Origin: Kiritimatiellia bacterium
GTDB taxonomy: Bacteria; Verrucomicrobiota; Kiritimatiellia; RFP12; JAAYLN01
Assembly: GCA_045603485.1 (NCBI GenBank)
Contig: JAZUMF010000005.1
Coordinates: forward strand, 40,784 to 104,783
Direction of reading: 5' to 3'
Length of the DNA stretch: 64,000 bases
Shown here: piece by piece, positions 1 through 9,413 of the stretch
Numbering within the stretch: the stretch's first letter is position 1
Layout: every line of letters starts with the position of its first letter
Translations under genes and position numbers: made by a program
Notes under the pieces: model-generated
The model's database searches: none
Told to the model about the DNA's origin: nothing
Seen by the model: only the letters and a program-made list of their open reading frames with translations

Positions 1-108
1 ATATGATATAGGCGCTGTCGAGGTATATGCGTTAATATTTGATAGATATGTGGAGGGTAATGATTCGGCACATTACCCTCCACACTCTCTTTCTTTTTGG
101 AGGTTTCA

Positions 109-786
109 ATGTTTGGATTGATTAAGAAGATTTTTTTTGGAGAATGCGGTTCAGATAGTGAACTGCAGGAGCGGAGGCTTGCACTTGAGCGGCTTAAGGA
201 GGTCGCTCGGGCGATTGAGTGTGATGTTGCCGTCGTTCGCGCGCGCGAGGAGCGTTTGAGGCTTGAGCGTGAGGAGAAGTTGCGTAAGGAGCGCGAGGAG
301 AGAAAGCTCGTGCTTGAAGATCGGGAGAATGCCGATACTTCGGATGTCCGTTATAGTATTAGCCGTATTTCGGGCGATAGTAGTAGATTTAGTATAGTTT
401 CAAGCCTTGTTCCAGACTATGAGAAGTATCCGCCATTCGGTATTATGCTTGCTCGAATGGTGAAGGACCGGTGCGAAAATAAGGCGAGTCTTTGCTATAG
501 GAGGGCTGGGGTTTCAAAGCAAACTTATTCGAGAATTATTTCTCAGCCGCATTCGGGTGTGAATAAGACGATCGCGATGAGGCTTTGTATTGGGCTTAAG
601 CTGTCGTTTGATGAGGCTAAGGCATTTTTGGCTACGGCAGGTTATGCCTTTTCTGATGCGATTTATGAGGATAGGGTCTTTTCATATTGCCTTCAAAATG
701 CTTTTTATAACATTCTGGATGTTGAGCAGATGATTGCTGAGATTGATAGAATTCAATCGAGGGGGAGTGTAAAAAGTCAATTGTGA
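109..786 (+). CDS. Coiled-coil protein with C-terminal XRE-type helix-turn-helix
   Basis: ORF track 97..786 begins at TTG. An in-frame ATG at 109 follows GGAGG at 99-103. The N-terminal third is a charged E/R/K-rich heptad-like coil. The C-terminal segment GVSKQTYSRI..NKTIAMRLCIGLKLSFDE matches the Cro/C1 (XRE) HTH pattern. Confidence 0.5.
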   Translation: MFGLIKKIFFGECGSDSELQERRLALERLKEVARAIECDVAVVRAREERLRLEREEKLRKEREERKLVLEDRENADTSDVRYSISRISGDSSRFSIVSSLVPDYEKYPPFGIMLARMVKDRCENKASLCYRRAGVSKQTYSRIISQPHSGVNKTIAMRLCIGLKLSFDEAKAFLATAGYAFSDAIYEDRVFSYCLQNAFYNILDVEQMIAEIDRIQSRGSVKSQL

Positions 787-881
787 ATTGACCTTTTATA
801 GGGTAAAAGGTGGTAATATAAAAGGCCTTGCACGCTTCACTCGCTAAAAAGTTTTGTTTATCGGCGCACGGAGTGCGCCTG

Positions 882-1135
882 GCGAGACAACCGGGACAAC
901 CGAGACGACCGGGACGACCGGGACAACCGGGACGACCGAGACGACCGGGACGACCGGGACGACCGGGATGACCGAGACAACCGAGACGACCGGGACAACC
1001 GAGACAGCCGAGACAGCCGGGACAGCCGGGACAGCCGGGACGAACGGGACGACCGAGACGAGTGGGACGAACGGGACGACCGGGACGACGAGACAGCCGA
1101 GACAACCGAGCGGCGAACGGGACAGGCGGGACGAA
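882..1135. repeat. Tandem 9-bp repeat array (consensus CCGGGACGA, about 28 units, degenerating at the 3' end)
   Basis: Read directly from the sequence: ccgggacaa ccgagacga ccgggacga ... in perfect 9-nt register. It lies in the convergent intergenic region between the 109..786 (+) gene and the 1151..1894 (-) gene. Confidence 0.9.
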
Positions 1136-1150
1136 TATTTTGTGGGCGGT

Positions 1151-1894
1151 TTAGATTCCTCGTATTGAGACATTTTTTACATAGTTTTCCATTATTTTAG
1201 CATAGTTTTGGAGTTCCTGCTTTGTGGGGGCGTGGAGGTTGTGGTTTGGTACGGTGTCTCTGTCTACGAAGGGTTGGAGGTAGTAGTTTTTTGCTCCTTT
1301 TATCAATTTTCCTATTGCGTGGAAGGCGTTTTCATCGTGGAATTCTTTAATGACTGTTGTGCGAAATTCGCATTCTATGATTCCGCTATTTAGTATTGAT
1401 ACGCTTTTTTCTATGGTTGATGGGTCGAGGTTTGGTTGGCCTGTTGTTTCTTTGTAGCGGTCGGGGCTGTTTTTTATGTCCATTGCCACATAGTCGAGGA
1501 GATTTTGGTCTATGAGATTTTGGAGTTTTTCTGGGTGTGTGCCGTTTGTGTCTAGCTTGACGGCGTAGCCTAGCTCTTTTATCGATTGTATGAGGGTTTC
1601 CAGATTGGGTCTTAGGAGCGGTTCGCCTCCTGTCAGGCATACTCCTTCAAGGAGTTTTTTTCGCGAGGAGAGGAAATCCAGGAGTTCACGGTCGTCCATT
1701 ATTGCCGGTGCCGTGCCGTCTATCAGCTGTGAGTTGTGGCAGAATGGGCAGCGTAAATCGCAGCCGCCTAGAAAAATTGTTGCGGCTACTTTGCCCGGGA
1801 AGTCGAGCAGGGTCATTTTTTGGAGTCCGTGTATCTGTATCACTTGATTTCTCCTGCGGGATGGTTGTCTTCTTTTTTTGTCTTTTGTCTTCAA
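1151..1894 (-). CDS. Radical SAM activating enzyme, anaerobic ribonucleotide reductase activase (NrdG)-like
   Basis: N-terminal [25 protein letters not shown] resembles the NrdG/PflA-type CxxxCxxC cluster with its preceding DxPG motif. Divergent from mreB. Confidence 0.6.
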   Translation of the reverse strand: MKTKDKKRRQPSRRRNQVIQIHGLQKMTLLDFPGKVAATIFLGGCDLRCPFCHNSQLIDGTAPAIMDDRELLDFLSSRKKLLEGVCLTGGEPLLRPNLETLIQSIKELGYAVKLDTNGTHPEKLQNLIDQNLLDYVAMDIKNSPDRYKETTGQPNLDPSTIEKSVSILNSGIIECEFRTTVIKEFHDENAFHAIGKLIKGAKNYYLQPFVDRDTVPNHNLHAPTKQELQNYAKIMENYVKNVSIRGI

Positions 1895-2011
1895 TAAATT
1901 TTATCTTAATTTTGAATGCTTGACAAATTTTGTAAAATTAGGCAATCTATATATGACACAATTTTGTACCTAGTGTTTAGGTTAAATAACAATCAGAAGT
2001 GGTTACGCATT

Positions 2012-3037
2012 ATGTGGAACAAATTTCTCAATCTTTTCAACAGCGACATCGGCATAGACCTTGGAACGGCAAATACTTTGGTTTATGTTAAGGATGTTGG
2101 TATTGTTTTGCGTGAACCTTCTGTGGTTGCCATCCGTAAGGGGGCTAAGAGCATTTTGGCTGTCGGTGACGAGGCCCGCGCAATGCTTGGCCGTACTCCT
2201 GGCGGTATTGAGGCTATTCGCCCTATGAAGGCCGGCGTCATCGCTGATTACGATATTACCAAGGCGATGCTTAAGTACTTCATTCGTCGTTCGCGTCAGC
2301 ATGTCTGGATGCGTAAGCCGCGTATTGTGATGGCTGTGCCCGGCGATATCACTGAGGTTGAGCGCCGTGCTATTCAGGAGGCCGCAAGGGATGCCGGGGC
2401 GCGTTATGTCTGTCTGATGGACGAGCCTATGGCGGCAGCGATGGGTGTCGGCTTGCCTGTTGAGGAGCCTAAGGGTAATTTAATTGTGGATATCGGCGGC
2501 GGCACTTGTGACGTCGCAATGATCTCGCTTTCGGGTATTGTCTATGCCCGTAGCGTCCGCGTGGGTGGAGATGCGATGGACGAATGCATCTCTCAGTATA
2601 TGCGCCGTGTCTATAACCTTACAATCGGCGAGCGGATGGCGGAAGAGATCAAGGTGAAAATCGGTTCGGCATATAAGCTGCCTGAGGAAAAGACGATGGA
2701 GGTGCGTGGCCGCGATTTGGTCGCCGGCCGCCCCAAGGTTCTTAAGGTGACGAGCGAGGAGATTCGCGGTGCACTTCAGGATCCTATCTCGCAGATTGTT
2801 GCCACTATCGATGATACATTGCGTGAATGCCCACCTGAACTTTCAGCGGACCTTATTGACCAGGGGCTTTTCCTTGCCGGTGGCGGTTCGTTGCTTACTG
2901 GCTTGGATATCCTTATCGGTGAGCGTACCAAGCTTCCTGTTCATATGGCTGATGACCCTCTTAGTGCTGTCGCTCTTGGTACGGGGCGCGCGTTGCGCGG
3001 TCTTGATGACGATAGGCACAATCCTTTCACGACATAA
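2012..3037 (+). CDS. mreB: Rod shape-determining actin homologue MreB
   Basis: IGIDLGTANTLVYV phosphate-1 motif, DIGGGT phosphate-2, and 341 aa from the in-frame ATG at 2012. The ORF track starts earlier at 1916. Confidence 0.95.
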   Translation: MWNKFLNLFNSDIGIDLGTANTLVYVKDVGIVLREPSVVAIRKGAKSILAVGDEARAMLGRTPGGIEAIRPMKAGVIADYDITKAMLKYFIRRSRQHVWMRKPRIVMAVPGDITEVERRAIQEAARDAGARYVCLMDEPMAAAMGVGLPVEEPKGNLIVDIGGGTCDVAMISLSGIVYARSVRVGGDAMDECISQYMRRVYNLTIGERMAEEIKVKIGSAYKLPEEKTMEVRGRDLVAGRPKVLKVTSEEIRGALQDPISQIVATIDDTLRECPPELSADLIDQGLFLAGGGSLLTGLDILIGERTKLPVHMADDPLSAVALGTGRALRGLDDDRHNPFTT

Positions 3038-3105
3038 CCTTGAGGCTTCCGTCGCCGATTGAGTCTCTTGAGGCTGTGCCTGCAGGGGAAGATTGACGAC
3101 TGAAT

Positions 3106-3972
3106 TTGCAGAAGACTTCAAAAATTTGGATATGGGTTTTCGTGATTACGCTGGTGGTTATTTCCATCGGCGCTTTGAGCCGTCGTTTTCATTTGCTTGC
3201 GGCTGAGGCTGTATATCCTTTTGAGAATGGCATTTCTTGGGTTTACAGGGGTGTTGCGCGTAGGGTGGCCCCTTTCTTTAGGGCTCAGAGTATTCTTTCT
3301 GAGATGCGCGCTCTGGAGGACGAGGTTGAGCGTCTCCGTCTTGATGCCGTTATGCTTGAGGGGGTGGCGGCTGAGAATCAGGAGCTTCGCCGCAGGCTTG
3401 GCTTGCCTGTCCTGAATATGTATCACTATGAGCTTTGCACTCCTTTGTCTTGGGGTGGCTCGCTTGGCTGGTGGCAGTCTCTTCGTATCAATAAGGGTAA
3501 GAATTCGGGGATTGCCGTCGGTGATGCGGTTTTGTGTGCGGACGGTCTTGTCGGCCGTATTAAGAGGGTTTATGCCGACACTTCGGATGTTGAGCTTTTG
3601 ACCGATCCGAACAGTCGCATCGCCTGTTCTCTTTTGCTTGCCGATGATATGCCTTCTGTGCGCGGTATTTTGCAGGGCGCGGGGTGGCACTCCGGTGCTG
3701 ATGGCGTTCCCAGCTTTTTATATGTCGCGGATCCGCTTCGTCTTGAATATATGGAGCGTGATTTGCCTAACGGCGGGGTGATTTCCCCGCGGACGAAGGT
3801 TGTTACATCCGGTCTTAGCGGTACTATTCCTGGCGGCATTCTTGTCGGCTGGCTGATTGATTCCGCTGTTGAGCCTAATGGGCTTTATCGGACCGGTAAG
3901 GTGCTTCCCGCAGTTGACTTTGCCAATATTAAGACGCTTTTTGTCTTGACCGGTGTGGGGAGGTTGCGGTGA
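3106..3972 (+). CDS. mreC: Rod shape-determining protein MreC
   Basis: N-terminal TM helix, a coiled-coil (LEDEVERLRLD), and a C-terminal beta domain (GIAVGDAVL..GLVGRI). It lies directly after mreB. The start is an apparent TTG. Confidence 0.8.
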   Translation: MQKTSKIWIWVFVITLVVISIGALSRRFHLLAAEAVYPFENGISWVYRGVARRVAPFFRAQSILSEMRALEDEVERLRLDAVMLEGVAAENQELRRRLGLPVLNMYHYELCTPLSWGGSLGWWQSLRINKGKNSGIAVGDAVLCADGLVGRIKRVYADTSDVELLTDPNSRIACSLLLADDMPSVRGILQGAGWHSGADGVPSFLYVADPLRLEYMERDLPNGGVISPRTKVVTSGLSGTIPGGILVGWLIDSAVEPNGLYRTGKVLPAVDFANIKTLFVLTGVGRLR

Positions 3973-4499
3973 AGCTTGACTATCCTATAATGGTCGCTGC
4001 TTTGGGTGTCGCTGCAGCCGTTCAGGAGGTTCTTCCTGCGATTCCTGTCGGCGAGCCTGCTTTGAAGGCTCAATTTGTCCCTGCCGTGGCTCTCTATTAT
4101 CTTCGTCATAGGCAGTGGCAGCTTTCTCTGACTGCCGCCATGTGGGCAGGGGTGCTTTTGGACGCTCTTGGCTCTTTGCCTTTCGGGACTTCGTCTTTCG
4201 CTTTGCTTTTTATTGGTATCGTTACGATTATTTTCCGCCGCCATGTTGTGAATTCGTCTCCTGTTTCCGCTTTGGTGCCCGGTATGGCGCTTTCGTTGGC
4301 TTTGGGGACGGTTCAGATTTTTGGATATAATCTGTCGGGCGATGTTTTTTGCCGTATCTCTTTTTTTGCGGCTTTTTGGAGTTTTGTCAAGCTGCTTCCT
4401 GTCGCTGCTGTTCTGGCTGTCGTTGCCGATGCAATTCTTGCGCGCGCTGACCGTGATGCCGGGAATATCGAGCTTTCTCATGAGGAGGTTGAGTCATGA
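3969..4499 (+). CDS. mreD: Rod shape-determining protein MreD
   Basis: Small polytopic membrane protein. A GTG start overlaps the mreC stop. It sits between mreC and PBP2. Confidence 0.7.
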   Translation: MKLDYPIMVAALGVAAAVQEVLPAIPVGEPALKAQFVPAVALYYLRHRQWQLSLTAAMWAGVLLDALGSLPFGTSSFALLFIGIVTIIFRRHVVNSSPVSALVPGMALSLALGTVQIFGYNLSGDVFCRISFFAAFWSFVKLLPVAAVLAVVADAILARADRDAGNIELSHEEVES

Positions 4500-6382
4500 G
4501 TGAGGAGCGCGATAGATCGGCTTTTGTGTGGAGAATGGTCTTTTTGGCTTTTCTTTTTGTCTTTTCGCTTTTTGCGCTTGGCAAGAAACTTTACCGTATT
4601 CAGGTTGTCGAGTCGCGAGCCTATTCGTCTTCGCAGCAGCGTCAGAGTGTGAGGCGTGTTCTTTTGCCTGCGCCGCGTGGCCGTATTTTTGACCGCGAGG
4701 GTGTTTGCATGGCCGATAATCGGCCGTCATACTGTATCGCCTTTTTTATCGAGGAGATGCGTAGGCCTGGCAAGTGGAAGAATACTATCGATGCCGTTGA
4801 TGCTAGAATTGACGAGCTTTCGGTCAAGCTGGGTATTCCCCGTCAGATTTCGAGGGAGGATATTGAGAGGCATGTCTACCGTCAATTGCCGCTTCCCCTT
4901 TTGGTGTGGCAGAATGTCGACGATGGGATTCTTGCTCGGTTTTCGGAGTTGATTACGCCTGAGTCGGGAATGGATGTTTATGTGCAGCCAGAGCGTTATT
5001 ATCCATTGGGGCGGGCCGGTGCTCATTTGCTTGGGTATGTGGGCCGCGATAAGCCGGTGTCTCCGACGAATGAGGTGACCCACTATAATATTATGGGTAT
5101 GAAGGGGCGTTCGGGTGTAGAGCTTGCCCGTAACGATGTTTTGTCGGGAATCCCCGGAGGAAAGCTGATTACCGTTGATGTTTCGGGCTATCGCCATAGT
5201 GAGACTAATCGACCTCCTGTTGCCGGCAAGGATGTGCGGCTTACGGTTATTGCGAGGCTGCAGGAGCTTTGTGAGCGTGTCGTTGGCGACCGTAAGGCTT
5301 CGGTTGTTGCGATTGATCCCAGGAATGGTGATGTTTTGGCACTTGTAAGTACGCCGTCTTTTGATCCTAACGAGATGAGTCCTGCCGTTCCGACGGCGCT
5401 TTGGAGGAGGCTTCAGGATGATCCTCTGCGTCCTTTGCTGAATAGGGCGGTGACGGGTATTTATCCTCCAGGGAGTACTTTTAAGCCTGTTGTCGCTTTG
5501 GCTGCGCTTTCTTCCGGGGTTTCTCCGAGTATTACATTTGATTGCTCGGGTGTTTATTCGCTCGGTTCGATGAAGCTTCGTTGTGCAGCCCGTAACGGCC
5601 ATGGCCCAGCTATCGGGATGCGTAAGGCGATTGAGGTTTCGTGCAATCCATATTTTTGCTCGCTTGGCGTTCATGCCGGTATGGATAATATGGCTGCGTT
5701 TATCCGTGAGTTTGGATTTGGCCGCCGCTCCGGTGTCGGCTTGGGCGGTGAGGCTGCCGCACTTCTTCCTGATGACGCTTGGAAGCGCCGCCGTTTTAAG
5801 GGCGAGGGGTGGAGACCTGGCGATACTGCGAATCTTTCCATCGGGCAGGGATATATGCTTGCGACTCCGATTCAGATGGCGATGTATGCCGGCGCATTGG
5901 CTAATTGCGGTACGCTTTTTAAGCCGAGGCTTTATTCCGATGAGGCTGTCGTCGTCGCAAACAAGATTGATGTCCCTAAGAGCCATTGGGAGATTGTCCG
6001 CGGCGGGATGTATGATGTGGTTAATGCTCATCGTGGCGGTGGCCGTAGGGCGCGTGTGCCTGGCATTGCTGTCGCGGCTAAGACCGGTACTGCCGAATAC
6101 GGCCCGCGTTCTAAGAGGAAGAAGCATACTTGGATGATTGCCTTTGCTCCATTTGATAAGCCTACGATTGCCCTTGCTGTTCTGGTTGAGGACGGTGAGA
6201 GTGGCGGTCTGACGGCGGCTCCTGTCGTCGCGGCCGTTTTGCGCGAGTATTTCGGCGTTGATGATGTCGCGCATATCGAGGACGCGAATCTTTCGGAATA
6301 TGACCAGCCTCATGAGGTTGAGGCTGTTGATGGTGATGCGACAGCGCCTGCAGTGGGAGAGGGGGCCGCTAATGAAGATTAA
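4496..6382 (+). CDS. mrdA: Penicillin-binding protein 2 (elongasome transpeptidase)
   Basis: N-terminal anchor, SxxK (GSTFKP), SxN (SCN) and KTG (KTGTA) motifs. Its ATG overlaps the mreD stop. Confidence 0.9.
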   Translation: MSEERDRSAFVWRMVFLAFLFVFSLFALGKKLYRIQVVESRAYSSSQQRQSVRRVLLPAPRGRIFDREGVCMADNRPSYCIAFFIEEMRRPGKWKNTIDAVDARIDELSVKLGIPRQISREDIERHVYRQLPLPLLVWQNVDDGILARFSELITPESGMDVYVQPERYYPLGRAGAHLLGYVGRDKPVSPTNEVTHYNIMGMKGRSGVELARNDVLSGIPGGKLITVDVSGYRHSETNRPPVAGKDVRLTVIARLQELCERVVGDRKASVVAIDPRNGDVLALVSTPSFDPNEMSPAVPTALWRRLQDDPLRPLLNRAVTGIYPPGSTFKPVVALAALSSGVSPSITFDCSGVYSLGSMKLRCAARNGHGPAIGMRKAIEVSCNPYFCSLGVHAGMDNMAAFIREFGFGRRSGVGLGGEAAALLPDDAWKRRRFKGEGWRPGDTANLSIGQGYMLATPIQMAMYAGALANCGTLFKPRLYSDEAVVVANKIDVPKSHWEIVRGGMYDVVNAHRGGGRRARVPGIAVAAKTGTAEYGPRSKRKKHTWMIAFAPFDKPTIALAVLVEDGESGGLTAAPVVAAVLREYFGVDDVAHIEDANLSEYDQPHEVEAVDGDATAPAVGEGAANED

Positions 6383-7574
6383 GCTTCCTTTTGGAATTGG
6401 CAATCTGCGCTATATCAACTGGTTCGCCTTTGCCGCGATGGCTGTTTTGATGATTATCGGCGTTTGCTATGTCTACAGCGCTAACGCCTTTAGGGAGAGC
6501 CCGAGGCTTCAGTCGCTTTATATCGCTCAGGCCCACTTGGCGATTTTGTGTATGGCGATTGGCTTTGTCATGCCGCTTTTTGATTACAATAAGATTCTTA
6601 AATTCAGCTGGCTTTACTATCTTGGCACGATTGCCCTTTTGGTCGCCGTTTTGCTTTTGGGTACTTCTCAGGGAATGGGCGCCAAGCGTTGGGTCTTTGG
6701 AATTCAGCCTTCTGAATTTGCCAAGCTTGCGACCATTATGCTTATCGCTAAGATATTGGGGCGCCGCGACGCTTCGCGCGATTTGTGGGATTTCGCCTTT
6801 GTCGCTTTGGTTGCAATTTTCCCTGTGGCATTGATTTTTATGCAGCCTGATCTTGGCACTTCAATTATTTTTGCTCCGCTTACGGCTGTTCTTCTTTTTG
6901 CATCCGGAACTGCGCCTAAGACGCTTCTTTCACTTGTGCTTGCAGGTGTTTTATCTATTACCGTTGTCCTTGGTTCAATTGCTCTTGAGGCGAGTCCTAA
7001 AACGCCTGAGCCTGTCCGTAAGGCGTGCTCGGTCGCGACTTCTTTTTTGGGTAATTACCAGAAGGGGCGACTTCTTGACTTTGTCTTCCCTGACAGGGAT
7101 CCTCTCGGCGGCGGCTGGAATCGCCGTCAGTCTCAAATTGCCGTCGGCTCAGGCGGACTTTGGGGTAAGGGATTTCTTAAGGGGGATCAAAATATTTTGG
7201 GGTATCTTCCCCAGCAAGTTTCGGCAAATGACTTTATATTCTCTGTCTTTGCAGAGGAAAAGGGATTTGTTGGAGCCGTTTCATTGCTCGTATGCTACGG
7301 AATACTGCTTTTATCCGTTCTCGCAACGGGCGTTGCCGCACCTGATGTATCCGGGCGGCTATTGTGCGTCGGAGTAGCGACGCTGGTATTCTGCCATGTT
7401 TTTGTGAACATTGGCATGACTGTTGGTATGTTGCCGGTTACGGGTTTGCCGCTGCCGTTCGTGAGTTACGGGCGGACTTTTATGGCGACTCTCGGCCTCG
7501 CAATGGGACTTGTGCAGTGTGTTGCAGTGCGCGCTCGCACCCAAAGGAAAGTACAGGACAAAAATGGATTGTGA
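6372..7574 (+). CDS. mrdB: SEDS-family peptidoglycan glycosyltransferase RodA
   Basis: FtsW/RodA-like polytopic membrane protein, 400 aa from ATG 6372. It overlaps the PBP2 stop by 11 nt. Confidence 0.88.
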   Translation: MKIKLPFGIGNLRYINWFAFAAMAVLMIIGVCYVYSANAFRESPRLQSLYIAQAHLAILCMAIGFVMPLFDYNKILKFSWLYYLGTIALLVAVLLLGTSQGMGAKRWVFGIQPSEFAKLATIMLIAKILGRRDASRDLWDFAFVALVAIFPVALIFMQPDLGTSIIFAPLTAVLLFASGTAPKTLLSLVLAGVLSITVVLGSIALEASPKTPEPVRKACSVATSFLGNYQKGRLLDFVFPDRDPLGGGWNRRQSQIAVGSGGLWGKGFLKGDQNILGYLPQQVSANDFIFSVFAEEKGFVGAVSLLVCYGILLLSVLATGVAAPDVSGRLLCVGVATLVFCHVFVNIGMTVGMLPVTGLPLPFVSYGRTFMATLGLAMGLVQCVAVRARTQRKVQDKNGL

Positions 7575-9186
7575 AAGTGTAAGGAAGGGATTGTCTGCGG
7601 CATTTAACTGGTTGCTCGGCAGGCGTTCCGTGAAGCGCGAGCTTCTTATCAGCGCAGAGCGTCTTGAGACGCGGGCCGCTGTTGTGGAGAATGGAAGGGT
7701 TGAAGAGTTTCTCGTAGAGCAAACCTCTAGCGAGAGGCTTGTCGGCTCTATCTTCAAGGGGCGTATACAAAATCTTGAGCATGATTTGCAGGCGGCCTTT
7801 GTTGATATCGGCCTCAAGAAAAACGCCTTTTTGCATTATTGGGATATGTTCCCAGATGATGACTCCCGTCTCGATATTGAGGATATGGAAAGCTCGGGAC
7901 AGCGTCCGCCACGCAAGAAGCGTTATACGAACGAGCAGATTGCAAAGCGTTTCCCCATAGGTTCTGAGATTATCGTTCAGGTTTCGAAGGGGCCTATCGG
8001 CACGAAGGGGCCTCGTGTTACGGCGTCGTTGAGCATTCCAGGAAGATATCTCGTTATGATGCCAGGTTGCCGCCTCCGCGGAGTTTCACGCAAGATTGGC
8101 GATGCGAAGGAGCGTCAGCGTCTTAAAAAGATTCTCGATCGTCTGCCTCTCCCGCAGGAGATTGGTCTTATAGTCCGCACGATTGGCGCTGGCGCTTCAA
8201 AGCGGGCTTTTGTCCGTGATGTAAGGGGGCTCCTCTCAATCTGGCAGGAACTCCACAAGAATATCAAGGAGAAGCCGGCCGCAAGTTGCGTCTATCAGGA
8301 GCCTGATTTGATTGAGCGTGTCGTCCGCGATTATATTACCGAGGATATCGACCGCGTCATGATTGACGACGAAGAGGCTTACAACCGTATCCGTACGGTC
8401 GCTTCGCGCATTTCTCGCCGTTCCTGCGGTCTTATCAATCGCTATTCCGGGCAGCTCCCGATTTTTGACGCCAAGGGTGTCGAGAGTCAGCTTGACGAGG
8501 CCTTCCGCCGTAAGGTTAATCTCAAGAGCGGCGGATACCTTGTCATCGATGAGACGGAGGCTTTGATTGCAATCGATGTGAATACCGGCCGCCATAAGGG
8601 CACAGGCTCGCAGGAGGATGCGATTTTGGAGGTCAACCTTGAGGCGGTGGAGGAGGTTGCCCGCCAGTTGAGGCTCCGTAATGTCGGTGGTTTGGTGGTT
8701 ATCGACCTTATCGATATGAAGTCGCGTAAGCATCAGAATATCGTCTATAAGGCTATGAAGAATGCCGTTAAGCGTGACCGCGCGCGTACTAATGTGCTGC
8801 CGCTCTCTGAGCTTGGTCTTATGGAGATGACCCGTCAGCGTCAGGAGGAGAGTCTTCTTTCGCAGATGTATGAGACTTGCCCATACTGCCATGGTCATGG
8901 CGTTATCCAGTCGGCGCTTTCCGTAAGTGTAAAGATTCAACGCCAGATTGCAAGTGTAATGCGTAAGTGCAAGGCTCAGGGTGATGAGGTCGATTTGCAG
9001 GTTCTGGTGGCTCCGGTTGTCCTTGACCGTATGCGCCGTGAGGACGAGAAGCTTATGGTCGAGCTGCAGCACAGCTACGGCGGGCACCTGAGCTTTAGAT
9101 CTGAGCCTTTGCGTCATCCGGAGACCTTTGAGATTCGCACTTCGGCCGGCAAGACGCTTTATGCAACCGGCGAGTCTACCAGGTAG
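7564..9186 (+). CDS. rng: RNase E/G family ribonuclease (RNase G-like)
   Basis: S1-like N-terminal region, an RNase E/G catalytic-core pattern (DVNTG..., VVIDLIDM), and a zinc-link CPxCxGxG. It overlaps the rodA stop. Confidence 0.85.
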   Translation: MDCESVRKGLSAAFNWLLGRRSVKRELLISAERLETRAAVVENGRVEEFLVEQTSSERLVGSIFKGRIQNLEHDLQAAFVDIGLKKNAFLHYWDMFPDDDSRLDIEDMESSGQRPPRKKRYTNEQIAKRFPIGSEIIVQVSKGPIGTKGPRVTASLSIPGRYLVMMPGCRLRGVSRKIGDAKERQRLKKILDRLPLPQEIGLIVRTIGAGASKRAFVRDVRGLLSIWQELHKNIKEKPAASCVYQEPDLIERVVRDYITEDIDRVMIDDEEAYNRIRTVASRISRRSCGLINRYSGQLPIFDAKGVESQLDEAFRRKVNLKSGGYLVIDETEALIAIDVNTGRHKGTGSQEDAILEVNLEAVEEVARQLRLRNVGGLVVIDLIDMKSRKHQNIVYKAMKNAVKRDRARTNVLPLSELGLMEMTRQRQEESLLSQMYETCPYCHGHGVIQSALSVSVKIQRQIASVMRKCKAQGDEVDLQVLVAPVVLDRMRREDEKLMVELQHSYGGHLSFRSEPLRHPETFEIRTSAGKTLYATGESTR

Positions 9187-9310
9187 GCTTGTGCGCTGGT
9201 GCCGTCAATGCCCAAGGCTGCCAATTCCACTCGGCGGCTTTGGGTGTGGTTAGGTGTGAAGGCGGAGCCGGGACTTATGCCGTTGCGGATTTGTCATACT
9301 ATTTTTTTCC

Positions 9311-9340
9311 TTGACAAAAAGTTGAATGTCTTTTACGATT
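9311..9340 (+). promoter_or_regulatory. Putative sigma70 promoter (TTGACA, 18-nt spacer, TACGAT) upstream of the TPR gene
   Basis: TTGACA at 9311-9316 and TACGAT at 9335-9340. Confidence 0.35.
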
Positions 9341-9413
9341 GAGGAAGAGTGCATAAGGTGTGACAGACTTGTGTGCCGGTTTTGTCTTCCCATTGTTTGT
9401 TTTGATTAATGCC

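Noticed and set aside
882-1135. CRISPR array
   Set aside because: The period is 9 bp with no spacers, so it is a simple tandem repeat. No cas genes are present.
632-1173. ORFs 632..1105(-), 844..1173(-) and 854..1168(+) encoding GRPGRP..., VVPVVP... and GTTGTT... low-complexity proteins
   Set aside because: All are generated by the 9-bp repeat being open in every frame. They have no RBS and no non-repeat domain, and one overlaps the HTH gene in antisense. Treated as a non-coding repeat, though a collagen-like minus-strand frame is noted in findings.
4727-6403. 558-aa antisense ORF inside mrdA
   Set aside because: Antisense to a strongly supported PBP2 gene. R/S/P-rich junk composition typical of GC-rich antisense frames.
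8236-9117. 293-aa antisense ORF inside rng
   Set aside because: Antisense to the conserved RNase G gene.
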